Positions 50,485 to 63,830 of a stretch of 64,000 nt of DNA are shown here, in pieces. Source of the stretch: Phoronis australis. Taxonomy: Eukaryota > Animalia > Phoronida. How positions within the stretch are numbered: position 1 is the stretch's first letter; each line of letters begins with the position of its first letter. Under the pieces are notes generated by a model. It made no database searches. It worked only from the letters and a program-made list of their open reading frames with translations, and was not told where the DNA came from. The position numbers were made by a program, and so were the translations under genes. The stretch covers positions 741,681-805,680 of the forward strand of contig NMRA01000135.1 of assembly GCA_002633005.1 (NCBI GenBank), given 5' to 3'.

Positions 50485-52289
50485 ATTGAGAACCTGGCAG
50501 ATAGCATCAATTGCTGCTCATTTTTTGTTTTTTGAAATCATGGATCCGTGAAGGGGCCTGTGACGGCATCCACCCGTTTCGTACTTTTGACTAGTAACGT
50601 CTGAAGACTGAGGCCACTCGTGGAGAGAGATCCCAATGATGGAATCGATTGCCTCTATTTTCTTGTTTCTGTGAAATCGTAAAACCTTTTTGTGTTAAGG
50701 AAAGTCGTTGAGGGTCACACGATGATAGAATAAATTATCATTCTGACTTTTATAGTTTTAGTGATGTTTAGCCTTTCAGTTTAAAAGCATTTCAGACGCT
50801 GGTCCTCACCCTGAAGGGCAAACCGGAGTAATGGCACCTTTGACCCCGTTCGACACTCAGTGGCAACTACTCACGAGTGAAAGAAGATTGTAGACTCCAA
50901 ACTCATAGAAAAAACACAAAACATTTTAGTGCAATAAAGCCTAGTGACCCTAACAACTAAGAAAGAATGTACTGAAAAATACAAAAGCAAAGACCATCAT
51001 AGAAAGGATGGAAGTTTAAAGAAAGTGAAGACCACTGTTTGTGAATCACACAAAAGGAATATTCCATATGGTTTTATAAAGATGAAATTTTGATATTTCT
51101 TCACATAGTGTCAAAATGATTTTTCTTCTGAAGATCGTTACTGGGAGTTGTTTGTAAGAAACTCGCACATGTCCGACAGACTTTTGGAGGTACGATTTTT
51201 GATAACTGTGAACAGAGTACATTGCAAACGGATTAAGATACTCAAAGTACTGGCAATCATAAAAGAAGATTTTTGGAGATCAAGTTTAACTCATAAACCG
51301 TAATAGCTACATCTAGAATGAACCGAAATTCACGTTAATTATAGTAAATCTGGAAATTCTTGGCTGGACCCCCACACTCCGTGGGATGTCCCACCTCCTA
51401 TGTTCCCGCCGAATGCATGCATGGGAGCATGCCTTTAGAGAATTCCTCATATTCTGTTTTGATAAACTACAAATTCGTTGGTTTCTGATTTCCACTTTAT
51501 GAATCTACGAAAATCGAATTATTCATAAACGAGTTTTTGACCCGGCAAGCACTAAAGTACACCATCTTTGCTATCTTTAAATAACTCTCAAAGGCATTAA
51601 TGAACTGCAAGTCTTGATCCATCCAGGCATATCAATTGTGAAGTGAAATGAATCGTTTCAATTGGACTTGATTGAAGTGTCTGAGAACTTCCGGGACTCC
51701 CATCCCTTTCAAAGGGAAGGTAACAACTGCGTCCGGGTACGAGCTCTTTCTTTACTGTCATCCCAGGCGAGATATTGAATCCTACCCCACCGCGTTTGTT
51801 AAGGGAAAGATAGAGCTCTTTGACAAATGTGGCTTTATTTACCCCTCTTTCGTGCTATTTTTCTCCACTCACGGCAGTAAAGATTGAGTCTCCTGTTTGC
51901 ATTCATAGCACGTGATGGCTCACGCAAAGACTTCGAAAACAACTAGGCGTAAACCGTTAAGTAAACACGCCGGGGTGCAGAATATGTGTCAGGAACTGCA
52001 TTTGAACTCTCGAAGTTGTACTGAAATGCGCAGGGGCGGATCCAGGAGTTTGAGTTAGGGGGGTCCAGGGCAGAGTATTAGCCAGGATTTTGCCCGTCAG
52101 ACGTTCGCATCCCGCACTGCCAAATGGAATGTGGGAGAATTTTAGGGGGACATCATGGCCCCCTTAGCCTTCCAGGGGCAGATCCAGGATTTTGAGTTGC
52201 CTCAAGGCTTCATTCGCACTTTTCGTGAAATTTTGTTGAAATACGGTTACTCAAGTTCTGATGACTGCCTGTCGAGGGTTTGCCCCCCC

Positions 52290-52429
52290 NNNNNNNNNNN
52301 NNNNNNNNNNNNNNNNNNNNNNNNNNNNNNNNNNNNNNNNNNNNNNNNNNNNNNNNNNNNNNNNNNNNNNNNNNNNNNNNNNNNNNNNNNNNNNNNNNNN
52401 NNNNNNNNNNNNNNNNNNNNNNNNNNNNN
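52290..52429. other. Assembly gap (N run) within a G/C-tract MITE-like repeat
   Basis: N run flanked by poly-C/poly-G; CAGGGGCGGATCCAGG-type repeat starts at 52031 and ~52173. Confidence 0.9.
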
Positions 52430-53535
52430 GGGGGTTTGCCCCCCCCCCCCCACCTACAGGTATGTCGGGCAAAAAAGCAAAATTTGTGACAGATGGATAA
52501 TGGCAAGGCCGGGGGGAAGGGGCGATAGGAAGAACAGGACGAAATTTTGGCGAAGTCTAATTACCTTTCTAGCATTACTTGTGAAGCCGTGCATTTTGGC
52601 GTCAGATAATGCTGATCACAGTTACGAACTTCGGTGAAAGCCTAAAAGCTGTTTCCAAAATCTGCGACATTTTGAGCAACGCATTATGAATTTCTATGTA
52701 TTTTTCTGGATATGATGTTGGCTTATATGTCTAGAACCGACAGGGAAGTGGAATTTTGGGCTGTAAACTGTCAATTTTGAGTGGTTTGGTGCATATTACG
52801 GACCTTCGCTTCCTTTATCGCCGGAAGCAAACGGGCCAAAAATTACTTCTGATAGAGTTTTTGCTGTCATGCACAGTGGTTTTCATGTGAAACGACTTTT
52901 CATTGTGTTCATAGCAGTTTTCGACAAAGTGGAAAATGCATCAAGTCCAACCTTTGACTTGAGCACTGCCAGACAACCGGACGGGCCTCCTTTGTATTTC
53001 AGCACAAGAATATACTGATATATAAAACACCTTGGCGAAATTTGAAGCTATAAAAATGCCCGAGATGTTCCGAATGATTCCAGTCATATTGCCGCAGCGC
53101 TCACTGAAGGAGAATACACAAGCTCAGCTCGTGTTCGGGGACGAAAAGTTGCGATTTTAAGAAGTTAGTTTTAAATATGTGACATTAAGTAAAAGTGAAT
53201 ACAACTACATGATGCAAATAAAGCAGGTTTTATTCGAATGTCTTATAGTCTGCTAGGCAGTTAACAATAAATTTGAACTGTTGGAAGTGTTACTTTGGAA
53301 ACAATACTTCATGTAAACCTCACAGCGCCGATTTTCCCAAAAGTCATTACCTTTAACACCCAATGCACACACACAATACGTTGAAAGCTCTTTTAGCTTG
53401 AAATGAATTCTTGAAACATGTACTAAAAGCTTAAAATATAAACAAAATTGATGCCAGTCAATTATAATACATGTTTTTTACGTCCGTGGCGGTTGTAGTA
53501 TGTTGTTTGCAGGTGGTCCGTGTTACCATCAGTTT

Positions 53536-56360
53536 TTAGGCGCGTCTACCCACGACGCAGCAACATCTTACCAAAATGAACCACACTCTAACCCATCTTC
53601 GAAGTCTGTAACACCAGGCGATGGTGCGAATTCGGAATCGGCGAGTGATACATCTTCCCCCCCTACGGTTTAACACGCACTTTCTTCTGCAAATAGAAAA
53701 GCAAGCAACTCACCTCCGCGTAACCACAACTCATGTAATGTAGTATTTGGCGAATCTCGCGGTGGGCACTTTATTTGCTGCATGAAGATATGAATTATAT
53801 TTTGATAAAGCATTTTCTCAGTAGGAGTTTTGAATACTTTTTGTCGAACTGTGATAGAGGACGCAGAGACACCAACATGCTAAAATTGCCGTTTTTTTTC
53901 TTCGGCAACGTTGTAAGCTACAGTACGCTGCCAACGGAGCAGAATCTTTAGTTCACAGTCCTTAATACGTGTAACACCAGATGTCATGGCATCTAGCGTT
54001 TAGGAAGAAAATCAACCAACTCACGCAGCAGATGGACAATTAAGTTGGTACATCTACCACCATGAAACCAAAATCGACACGTGGCATAACAATCACATTA
54101 AACAAAAGCAAAACACAATCCTCTACAGTAATTCTCTCCTGGCGAATGTAACCATTTTAAGTTTAATTAAAGATTTTGTCGTTTCACATTTGAGAATAAT
54201 GCATTTTAATTTTGAGAACTCTTTGCAACGAAATTCAGCGTATTGACAGTATACACCTTTATCGTAAGCGCAAAGCAGATTACTAAGTTAAGTTCCCATT
54301 CTTCATTTTATTTTCTGACAGTTTACTACGGGGAAATTCAAATTACCCTCGGGTTAAAGCGCCTTACCCTGGGAAGCGACACTGGTGGCTTATGTATACT
54401 CGGCGGAGTCGATAGAGGCGCCCATTTATTCGGAGATACAAAATGAAGCGCCTACGGAAGATCGGACAAGTCCCCGGATACAGTCTTTTGTCTTCATCAA
54501 CGTTGTCGTCTGCGTTTGCGCTGTCAGTCTTAAGGTCAGTTTCGGAGCGAGCGGACAGGTCAGACTCGCTGTCGTCGTCTTCCAACGAATCTTCTTCTGT
54601 TCGAGCGCTGAAATCCGACTGTTCTTCAACTTCTTCGCTGTCATGGTCATCGACTTCTTCTATTGAACGTTGGCTGGGACCTGTGTTATCGACGTTGCCT
54701 TCCAGGACGCCGTACATTTTGGCATCGTCAGCTTGAAGCAACCCTGCGACACACGCCAGGAGAGCGCATACGAAGATCTAAAATGCAGTATACATGGAAC
54801 TGCAATTGACAGTAGCAGAAACAACTAGTCGTGAAAGTCAAATTTATGTACCTGGTCTGCATTAAGGCATAATTCCCAAGACTCTAGGGTTATGTCAATG
54901 GAGCTTGTGTTTGATGAACATTTGCAAAGTAGTAAATACTCCGATCCACGTCAACTAATAAAATTTTAAGAGAAAAGCAAAGATGTTTGAAATTACATCT
55001 GGAGTCCGTTTCATGAAAACGGACTAAAGAAATTTAGTGTTACGCCCAACACAACTATTTCTGAAGATAATTAAATCTCATGTTAACAAATACAAAGACT
55101 CTGAATATGTCCACCATAACTACTAGTTACTATGAATACATGTACTTGTATGAATTATGGCTTGACTCCGGAGTAATTATGAGTTGGGAGTGTTAGATCA
55201 GACTTATGTCTGAAGTCTTTAAATCACTTTTCATAAGACGGACCCCTGTATTAGGGCTGCAAAGCTAAAACGAGTTTCAGCTTATTTTCTAACAAAATGT
55301 ATCCAATGTAACGTAAAAATAACGTTTTGTAGAGCAACTTTGCGAAAAAAGCGAGAACACGCGAGTCATCGCCATGCATTACAAGCAAGGCAGCTCATCG
55401 CCCAATTTTTACTAACGAGTTTCTTGCGTCTACAAAACGCCTTACTAGGCTACTTTTTGTTGCGCCAGCTGCTTACAAGATCGCACAAATGTTCACTTTT
55501 TAACGCCGCTTACTGCAATCAAAACATAGGATCTAAGTAATTTCCGCTTGCTGCTGTCGGGCTTCAGATTGTATGCATCTTGATACAAGTGCTTCGATCA
55601 GCTTCATTTAAGTGGAAACTTCATAAAAAGACACTACTAAAACATGCTATTTCAACAAAAATTATCTTTAGTTAAGCAGAACTTAATATACAATTTAACC
55701 AGATTTAGAAATTTTTCGTGTGCAGTAAGAAATGGCAAAATCGAATGATGCCGCAGAACTTCAGTTTTTATGGACTTACAGCTGTTTTGAAAAGCAAACT
55801 AACAGATATGCAATTTACGAGTGTTTCAATTTTAGCTTTCAATTGCTGAAACTCATTCGATTTCCTAAGTTGGTGGAAACAAAAGGAGAGCATTTAAGCG
55901 TTTTTCAAAAATCATGTAAGGAGATTAGTTTGAGAAAAATGTTAATAGTCGCTCCTTTAAAGTGCATCCCAGTATAAACCGGTATAAACAAAACCCTTAA
56001 AATCTTATTAGCTATTTCATTTCAAAATTGTGCTGTTGGAATTTACTGTCGCAGAATTTTTTTCATATTTTCTTTCGTTGACAGCAAGAGGTCAGCTAAG
56101 GCAATTAACACAACTACTTTGTAGAGTTATTAACCCCAAAACAAAACTTATTTGATGAATACTTGAAGAGGGAGCACCGCCGTAAAAACTATAACATTGA
56201 CTTAAAATTCTTTTTTATCAAATCACAAAAGCAAGAAAGATATCAGTTTCAATACAAATCCCAGTTCTGTGGCATTAACAGATTGAAATGAAACACCAAC
56301 TAACCAAACTACTTCAGATTGAAATTAACAATCTGCTTTAACACTTCTTACCAATTTCAT
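53536..56360 (-). CDS. Gene B: paralogous secreted preproprotein (189 aa) with Arg-rich cystine-knot-like mature domain; exons 56360-56352, 54777-54368, 53686-53536
   Basis: Same splice signals and phases as gene A; MKLIFVCALLACVAGLLQADDA-[acidic]-EDKR-LYPGTCPIFRRRFILYLRINGRLYRLRRVYISHQCRFPGRKCVLNRRGGRCITRRFRIRTIAWCYRLRRWVRVWFILVRCCCVVGRRA*; AATAAA at 53234-53229. Confidence 0.85.
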
Positions 56361-56394
56361 CTTGCTCATTCAAGTGTACCTCTTACTCGATATG

Positions 56395-56433
56395 AGAGAC
56401 TGGTTGAAATTCAACCAAGGCCTCAAATTTATA
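56395..56433 (-). promoter_or_regulatory. Core promoter of gene B: TATAAAT box and CCAGT initiator-like site
   Basis: ATTTATA at 56427-56433 (TATAAAT on -), same spacing to CAGTCTCTC as in gene A. Confidence 0.65.
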
Positions 56434-57141
56434 GATGTGCTCTGTTATGGTTCAAATACCACGACGAGGATATCTTATTTTATGTCCACGATAACTTTTT
56501 ATATAGTTCACGTGCTTCACATACACCTGGAGAAATGGGTTATTTTTTCTTGCTAGTGAAAAGCATTTCAACTTTAATGTCATTCTGTTTTATGCATGCC
56601 AACAAAGAGCGCAAGCTCAAGTTCAAACGTCAACAGTTTCAGAAGTTATAATCTCTCGTGTAGTGATTACTGTGGGTTGTGGGTTCGATTCCAAGTCATG
56701 GGGAAATATATTTTGTGTCGTCACCGTCAACCACATCTGGGCTTCTAGTTTGAGCCAATAGTCAGCTTTGTAAATTATTTAAGGGTAGGTTAGTTACCGG
56801 CTAGGTTTTCTAGCAGAAGCTTTCTATAGATGCCGGGGTTTAGATAAGCTGAAATTTATGAACACCTGGGTATAGTGCAAGATCTGTCTCGCGGTGAGAA
56901 AAATCTTGCCAAAATCACCTAAACTCATTAGAAATACACGACAATGTCACGCAGAATCTCGCGAGATCTTGCGTTTCTGATTTCCAAGAAAAAAACAGGT
57001 CTCCGGTATAAAAGCCGTACTAGTCAGGTCTGCCATGTCACGTAATAACAAAATTCGACCTCGGAGCTGATGATTGGTAAAGGCGATTTTTTTGTCATCG
57101 TCACCCATCAGGCTGGCAAGTATTGGCCGCCTTTTTCAGTC

Positions 57142-57366
57142 ATGAAAAGGTGCGCTTGTGGAGGCTGCAACTTGACCGAGAACGAATCTGTGTTCGAATT
57201 TACGAAAGACGTGAAAGTTGCACAGAAATACCATCTGTTTGTGCACCATACTAGAGTGCGGAATGACAGTGTGGAACATACGATTCGGTCGGGAGCCATA
57301 CTTTGTTCGGCACATTTCAGTCATGGAATAGTGTTTCGACCATACACAAAGGTGGCGTTTCGATGA
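57142..57366 (+). pseudogene. Isolated THAP-like zinc-finger relic inside an arm-specific insertion
   Basis: MKRCACGGC...SVFEFTKD...ILCSAHFS fits the THAP C2CH pattern, but the conserved Pro and Trp are lost and the ORF ends early. Confidence 0.6.
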
Positions 57367-60300
57367 GGGACTCGCCACTTTGTAAGTGTATTTCCAAATT
57401 TTACAAATAACGAACAAACTGTTTCCATTCTCGGGCGAGTGTTGCCAGGCCCTCTACTCCGGCCCAGATCGAGTGCTACGACACGAAGTCTTATGCATTG
57501 TGGAACAGGACTGCTAATTATATGACAGTTCTGTCTCAGTTTTCAATTTCTATATATTATATAGTCTGCCACTTAGCCGCCGATTCCTCGGTAACTACAA
57601 TATAAAACGTTGTTGTTATTTAACTATTTTCCGGAGATGTTACAAGTTTAATGCAAAGTTACCGTTGTTTTCATCTTTGTTATCGCTTTTTAAGTACCAA
57701 ACGTTACGTTTAAAATTGTTTCTTTCACTAGAGAAAACTTGCAACCTAACGCCCAAGTACATACATACAGGATGTGATCCGCCACGTGGACAGTCACAGT
57801 GAAGTATTTAAAAAATCTGCGGAAAATATGAAAGAATCTTAGGAATTCGAAGCGTATGTGTAGAAATACTCGGTTTCAGTCGATACGCGGAATAATGTCT
57901 CGTGGGATATTACTTCACGTACGCCAATCGAGGTACGTTTTGTGTACGTATTCTGCGGTAAGTTTTTAAAACTCCTTCGGTAAACATGCCCAATAGGCGA
58001 ACAACCACGTGCGTGAAATGTTCTGCAATGCAATAATATTTATTCGCGATATTTCTACTTCCCTTTAAAGTCTCAGAGTTATGCCCTTTTAAAATAACAA
58101 TCTTATTAAAGTTTTGTTATTTGAATTATTTTTAAAGTTTTAATTGTTTCATAAACCTAAACGTTCCTTGCGAGTAGAGGACACTCAGGTATCATTCAGT
58201 AGCACGTATACATGTACATGTACAATAAAAACATATCTGGCCGATTTAACCGGTGTGTTATTCATACTGTATGAATACAGAACAGTATCGTAAACAAAAG
58301 TCAGCGACAGTAGAAATTTGCATTCCGAAAAGGCGCAACCACAATTTTCTGGGATTCACATTTCTTGAATATGAATTAAGCACCGATTTGTCTGTACAAA
58401 ATTTACACTTCCTCCATCAATCATGCCAGTTTGTTTGCGTAAAGCGCTACCTGTTGAGAATTCGACCAGCTAATCAGAAATGCCAGTGTAAAAAATTTCC
58501 TGAGGAAAATTAAATGATACCTGCGTGTTCTCTACCCCTAAACGGACACGCAAGGAACTAGCGAGCTGTAGAATCAGTGTGTGTTTGGAAAACGAACTTT
58601 TTGTGGAGTTCCTAACTCTCGAAGTGTACACTTTTGAAGGACATTCTTTGTTAGAAAAGCCACCATTTTGTCGGAAAAGTGGTCGTAAACACGCCACCTT
58701 CTGAGCTGCAATATTGCTCTTCTTTGGGAGTAACCTCCGGGGAGCGGTAACTTATACAGGCAGCGAATACGGGTTATACCGCTAAAATCTGTGGACGTTT
58801 GAGATTTCTTACAAAACAATATGGCTTTGTAAAAGGTAAATTTCCACATAAAAATTCAAATAGCTTTCATATTTTATTGAAGTTAGATTTGAAAATCAGT
58901 CAAACCCTCATAATTCAATCGCGTTCATCCACTTTCTGTTCCTGTTCCAAATAAAATAATTGCTATTTATGACAACTAACCGACTGGTTTGAAGGCAAGT
59001 CAAGAAAACTTGAACTACCGTCAAGATAACAGAAACAGTCCACCACTAGTTTGCAGGTTAATTTTTTTATTTTTCGATGCCGGCAATTGCCGCCTTCCGT
59101 ACGTGCATTTTCTACGGATGCTCTTATTGATAGTATTCTGACAATTACAGGTGCCTTTAGGCTATGGTTAGTTCAATTTTTGCTCGATCGCTTTAAATGA
59201 TGATGTATGATTAAACTTTTTCGTTTCGTCAAGTGCGAGTGTATTCAGGCAAAAAGTTCTTATCGCCGTTGGATTGTTGTTCAAGGAACTAAAGAAAAAA
59301 TATGCAAGGACAAAATACGTGACAATGCAAGACAAGCTTTTCACTACATGTACAAAGAAATTTGGAGCCTGCATAAAATCCTAAATCTGCCTGGCACAAG
59401 GCGGCGTGTAAAAAGCAAGAAGCTGGACTGGATACAAAGACACGTTCCTAAGTCAAAACACGAGTCACAAGACACATGTTCACTAGTCACGAACATGTCA
59501 AAATTGAGATTTATGATTAATTTCTGATTTTCATTACGTGTATTTGGCAAGATCTATATTGTCAACGCATCGTTAAATTGTATCTAAAAATATTTACTGA
59601 GTAATAAAATTTGATGACCGTGTCTGATGTCTCAGGTGCGTATATCTAAAATTAATTGAAATTTATTACTCATTCGTGTCGCCTCAATGTGTAATAAGGA
59701 TAAGTTTTCATTTTATTCCCATCAACAACAGCGGCACTGAGCATCGTGCGCGTGCGTGTGAGAGTGGCGCGCGCGCATGTGTATGTCAATGTATCCGCGC
59801 GCTTCCAAGCGTTCACGTCGTGTGCGTAAGGTCAGGATAAATTTGGAGTGCGCCCCGCGGCGTCATTGGGGCAAAAATACAATTCATTCACGCACAGTGA
59901 TTGCTTAGCTCGGGTCAATGGGCTTATTAAAATTGGAAGCGAAAAATTACAAAACCTCACCTAAAGGTTCTCTAAACTGGTCCATAAAATTGAGGTCGTG
60001 TGACTGCGCACATGTCGGTTTGACCTTTTTGAATAAAAATAAGATAGGAATAAATAAACCCGATGCCCTCTTGTTGTGCTCTGGCCTGCATAGTAAATAA
60101 GTACGCCCCGTGAGCACAGTTGTACGAAAATAACATAATTCAGAGCAGTCAATTTTTAATGGCATATTAGTTTCGCAATAAAATGATGCGGAATGCATTT
60201 AAGTCACGTGGCGTACGAGGAAACAATTAACGAGGAACACCTTACATATTAGATTCGTTGCTGCTGTAAACAAGATGTCAGTTTTATTATCCAGCAACAC

Positions 60301-62333
60301 AGAAAATGTAAAAAAATAACGAAGCCCTTATGCCGATTGTCATTGTGTACAGGTATATTTCGGAGAAAATAGAGGTTTTATATCTCAGTTTCCTTTGCTT
60401 CAGCGAGCCTCAGTCTCGATTCATTGCTCTTCTGGCAAGGTTGGAAGCTGTTTTAAGAGTCGCCAACCCTGCCAGCGTTTCATAGCGAAGTCCTCCTTGA
60501 TCAATAAACAGGCCTAACCAAAAAGCACTGACCAGAGCGTCAAATACAAAATGAGGAAAACTGTTTTAAAAATCTTTGCGGAATTTTGTTTAAACTTAAA
60601 ATGAAACAGAACTTAGAACAATTTTCTAACATAGTTTGTCAGTTTTAAAGACTAAGCTTGCAAGCGAAGACAGTTGGACTTGAGAAACCAAAAATTTTTT
60701 ATCTGGGTCATTAAATGATTTTCCATGGCAAAATTAAAGCGACTGCAAACTCCCTTCTCGTCAAAGAAGCGAACTTTTGATTTGGATAATTTTCCGGAAT
60801 GAAATTGGTTTCAATTTCTTCATTAATCGGATGGGAAACGATTTCTGGATTTGCAAAAAATTAACTTCGTTATTCTCCCAAACCATGCTCGGGGTATTAA
60901 ATGACCCGCCGTGACAAATCAACCTATAGAGCCTCGTCTCAAGCTATAACGAGGTGTCCGTACTTTCGGAGGACAGAAACCAACTTTGATTCTGCTAGGG
61001 GACAACTTGACACCAACAGCACAACGGTAACGGGTCTGAATCAAATTTCTGACATGGTTATTGCAGCATTAACTTTCCAGACCGTTATCTCTGTTCAAGA
61101 ATTACAAGTTATGTAATTGGATGGACTATGAAAATTAACATCACACAACTCGATGGTTAGACAGTGCAGCAAGAGTTTCAATCATACTAAATCGCCACGA
61201 TCGAAAACAACACACTCTACACAGGACTATGTCTGGCGTCTCCGCAAGTGTTTGAGAAAAACATGCAACATAAAAACAAAATTATATATAATTATTATAT
61301 ATATATTTATTTTCCAACAGTTATTTTCGTTGTAGAAAGAACTAGACTACGGAAGTAAGAATAAGATATCACATACTTACAAATAAACATGTTGTCACTT
61401 TCTGATATTTTCATGACTCATCAATACCTCGTGTGCAGTGAGTTGTTAAAACAACAACACATTAATCACATAATGGGGTTGAAATGTGAAAAAGCATTGA
61501 ACTGCACTTTAACCACACGAGGTAAATGTGTGCAGATTTTTTCCTGAAACCAAAATGAAAAGAGAAAATTGAACTAAACTACTGCACCAATATGTTACCA
61601 GCAGTATTATGTTTCATGATGGACCTTTTTTAAGAGCCATATATGGCGTGTGAGAGTTTCTGCCACATATGTAATGGTGCATAGGTAAGGTGACAGTGTC
61701 CCCCAAATACATCTACGCACGCGAATAAACAATTTATTGGAAAATGTCACAGTTTATAAGCAATGGGTGACTGACCTAAACTGGGGGATGTAAATTGCGC
61801 TATAGCTGAAAACTATTGGGTGCCACGTCGGTGACATATTGGAATGACGGCAGTTGTGCCAGTTCACCTTGTGAACAGGAATAAAAATTAATCCTGACAA
61901 ATTCGTCACCCCCAAAATCTGTCTTTATTGGAAAGAATTGTTCCCTTAGGGTGTGCACACATTGAAGAATCGACAAGAGTTGCTGACAACCGTCAGTGAG
62001 AGTTGCTATGAATGTTTTTGATAAGTTTAATTTTAGAGAGGTGAAAATCACCCCTGTAAATGTTACTGCAATTCAAAGTAGTTGAGTCTACGCTCGTAAA
62101 CAGGAATAGGAAGTGAAATCGCCTAAGCGTAGCCAACAGCAGATACCTAATAGCTTGGTGGCCATCCTTACGTCAGTCTATAGATGGAGTTGTGAACACT
62201 CGTGTGTTATTTGATGAGATAAGTCATGAGTCTACCAAATAATCATAATAAAATAACAGCAAAAGTAAAAAACTATTAACCACACCTTGTGAGAGCGACA
62301 AAATGTGCAGAGCGCATCAATCACACACATTTT

Positions 62334-62508
62334 CCCATACGAAAATATTCAATAGGATCCTATAGGAATTCCTATAGGAATCCTATAAGATTTCCTATAG
62401 GAATCCTATAGGATTTCCTACAAAAATCCTAAAGGAAATCGTATAGGAATTCTATAGGATTTCCTATAGGAATCCAATAAAAAATCCTATTGGAATTTTT
62501 CGTAAGGG
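62334..62508. mobile_element. Short MITE-like element with CCC..GGG termini filled by palindromic CCTATAGG repeats
   Basis: CCCATACGAAAA / TTTTCGTAAGGG termini; ~11-12-bp ATTCCTATAGGA units inside. Confidence 0.65.
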
Positions 62509-62969
62509 ATCGCCCGGGTGACAATACACACGATCGAACGGCACATATTGTCCAACTCGGCATACATCATCGCTCGGGCGACAATGCGAGCTGAGAGCGA
62601 CAATATGTGTTTCAACTGCCTCGGGTTCAGACCAGATACGTACATACCTTCAGGCACCAATAAAGATGGGAGGCCGCCTAACGCTACGTTCGAACTGAAT
62701 ACATAATGTGGCATTTCGCTAACCATGCATATTGAGGACTGGATACCTATCAGAACAAGAGTGTCTGCCATACTGTAAAATCTTTCATATTTTTGGTTGG
62801 TGGTAACCCGCATATATGAATATAGTAAGTAACCAAGATACTGACTTGGACAGTTATCATATTTTTTATGTCAAAATAATTTTTCCTTAGGATTCCAACA
62901 ATTTCACAGGTTCAAAAACAACATTATACAATGTCAAATCTACACAAGAAATGAACACTACAGTTCTGG

Positions 62970-63830
62970 CACTATGAGTAGTGTTGGAGGTATTGGTGGT
63001 GCTGGATGTGGTGACAGTAATGACGATGATAGCGGTGGTGACGGTAGTACATTGTAAGGGTTAAGATGGACTTGATAATGGCACTGATGATGATGAAGAT
63101 AGTAGTAGAGTGGTGCCGATGATGGTTGTAATGATGATGTTGTGATGATAGTGATGGTTATCATGACAGGGATGATAGTGATGGTGGCGATGATGGTGGT
63201 AATGATGGTGATGATGATGGTGGTGGTGATGGTAACGATAGTGAAGGTTGTGGTAGTGATGATGGTAATGATGATGATAGTGATGGTAATGATGTGATGA
63301 TAATGATGGTTATGGTAGTGTTGTGGTAGTGAACACAGGGATGATGTAGGTGGTGATGAAGTGATGACGTTGTGATGGTACGTGTAACGGTGAAAAAGAT
63401 GATGGTGGTGGTGGTGAAGGTGGTGATGGTTATGATGATGGTGGTGGTGGTGGCTGTAGTGGTGGNNNNNNNNNNNNNNNNNNNNNNNNNNNNNNNNNTG
63501 GTGGTGATGATGGTGATGATGATGACGATGGCGGTGATATTGGCAAGGATAATGATAATCATTGTGGTAAATATAATGGTGGTGGTGGCAGAGATGGGTG
63601 TGGTGGTGATGGTAATGGTGGTGGCGATGGTAATGGTGGTGGTGGTGATGGTAGAAATGCTGATAACTGTGGTGGTGATATCGGTAGTGATAATAGTGGT
63701 GGTGATAGCAGTAATTACAATGGTGGTTGTGATGGAGATGGAAGAGGTATTGGTGGCAATGGTGTTGGTAGTGGTGGGGCACACTTGACCGCAATGGTAG
63801 CAACAGTTGTGATGGTGGTGGAAATGGTGA
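62970..63830. repeat. Degenerate (GAT/GGT)n trinucleotide low-complexity tract with an internal N gap
   Basis: Directly visible; source of the poly-His/Thr/Val ORFs. Confidence 0.95.

Larger units (their letters stand above)
52660..62075. repeat. Right arm of the inverted segmental duplication
   Basis: See left arm; paired ORF-track fragments MTRRDKSTY (16929-/60901+), MPNTRN (25067+/59344-), MLQA.DAKMYG (29686+/54364-). Confidence 0.85.

Noticed and set aside
52155-52637. ORFs crossing 52290-52429
   Set aside because: Open only because of the N run.
56655-56700. tRNA gene (GGTTCGATTCC B-box)
   Set aside because: No cloverleaf can be built; at most a SINE/tRNA remnant.
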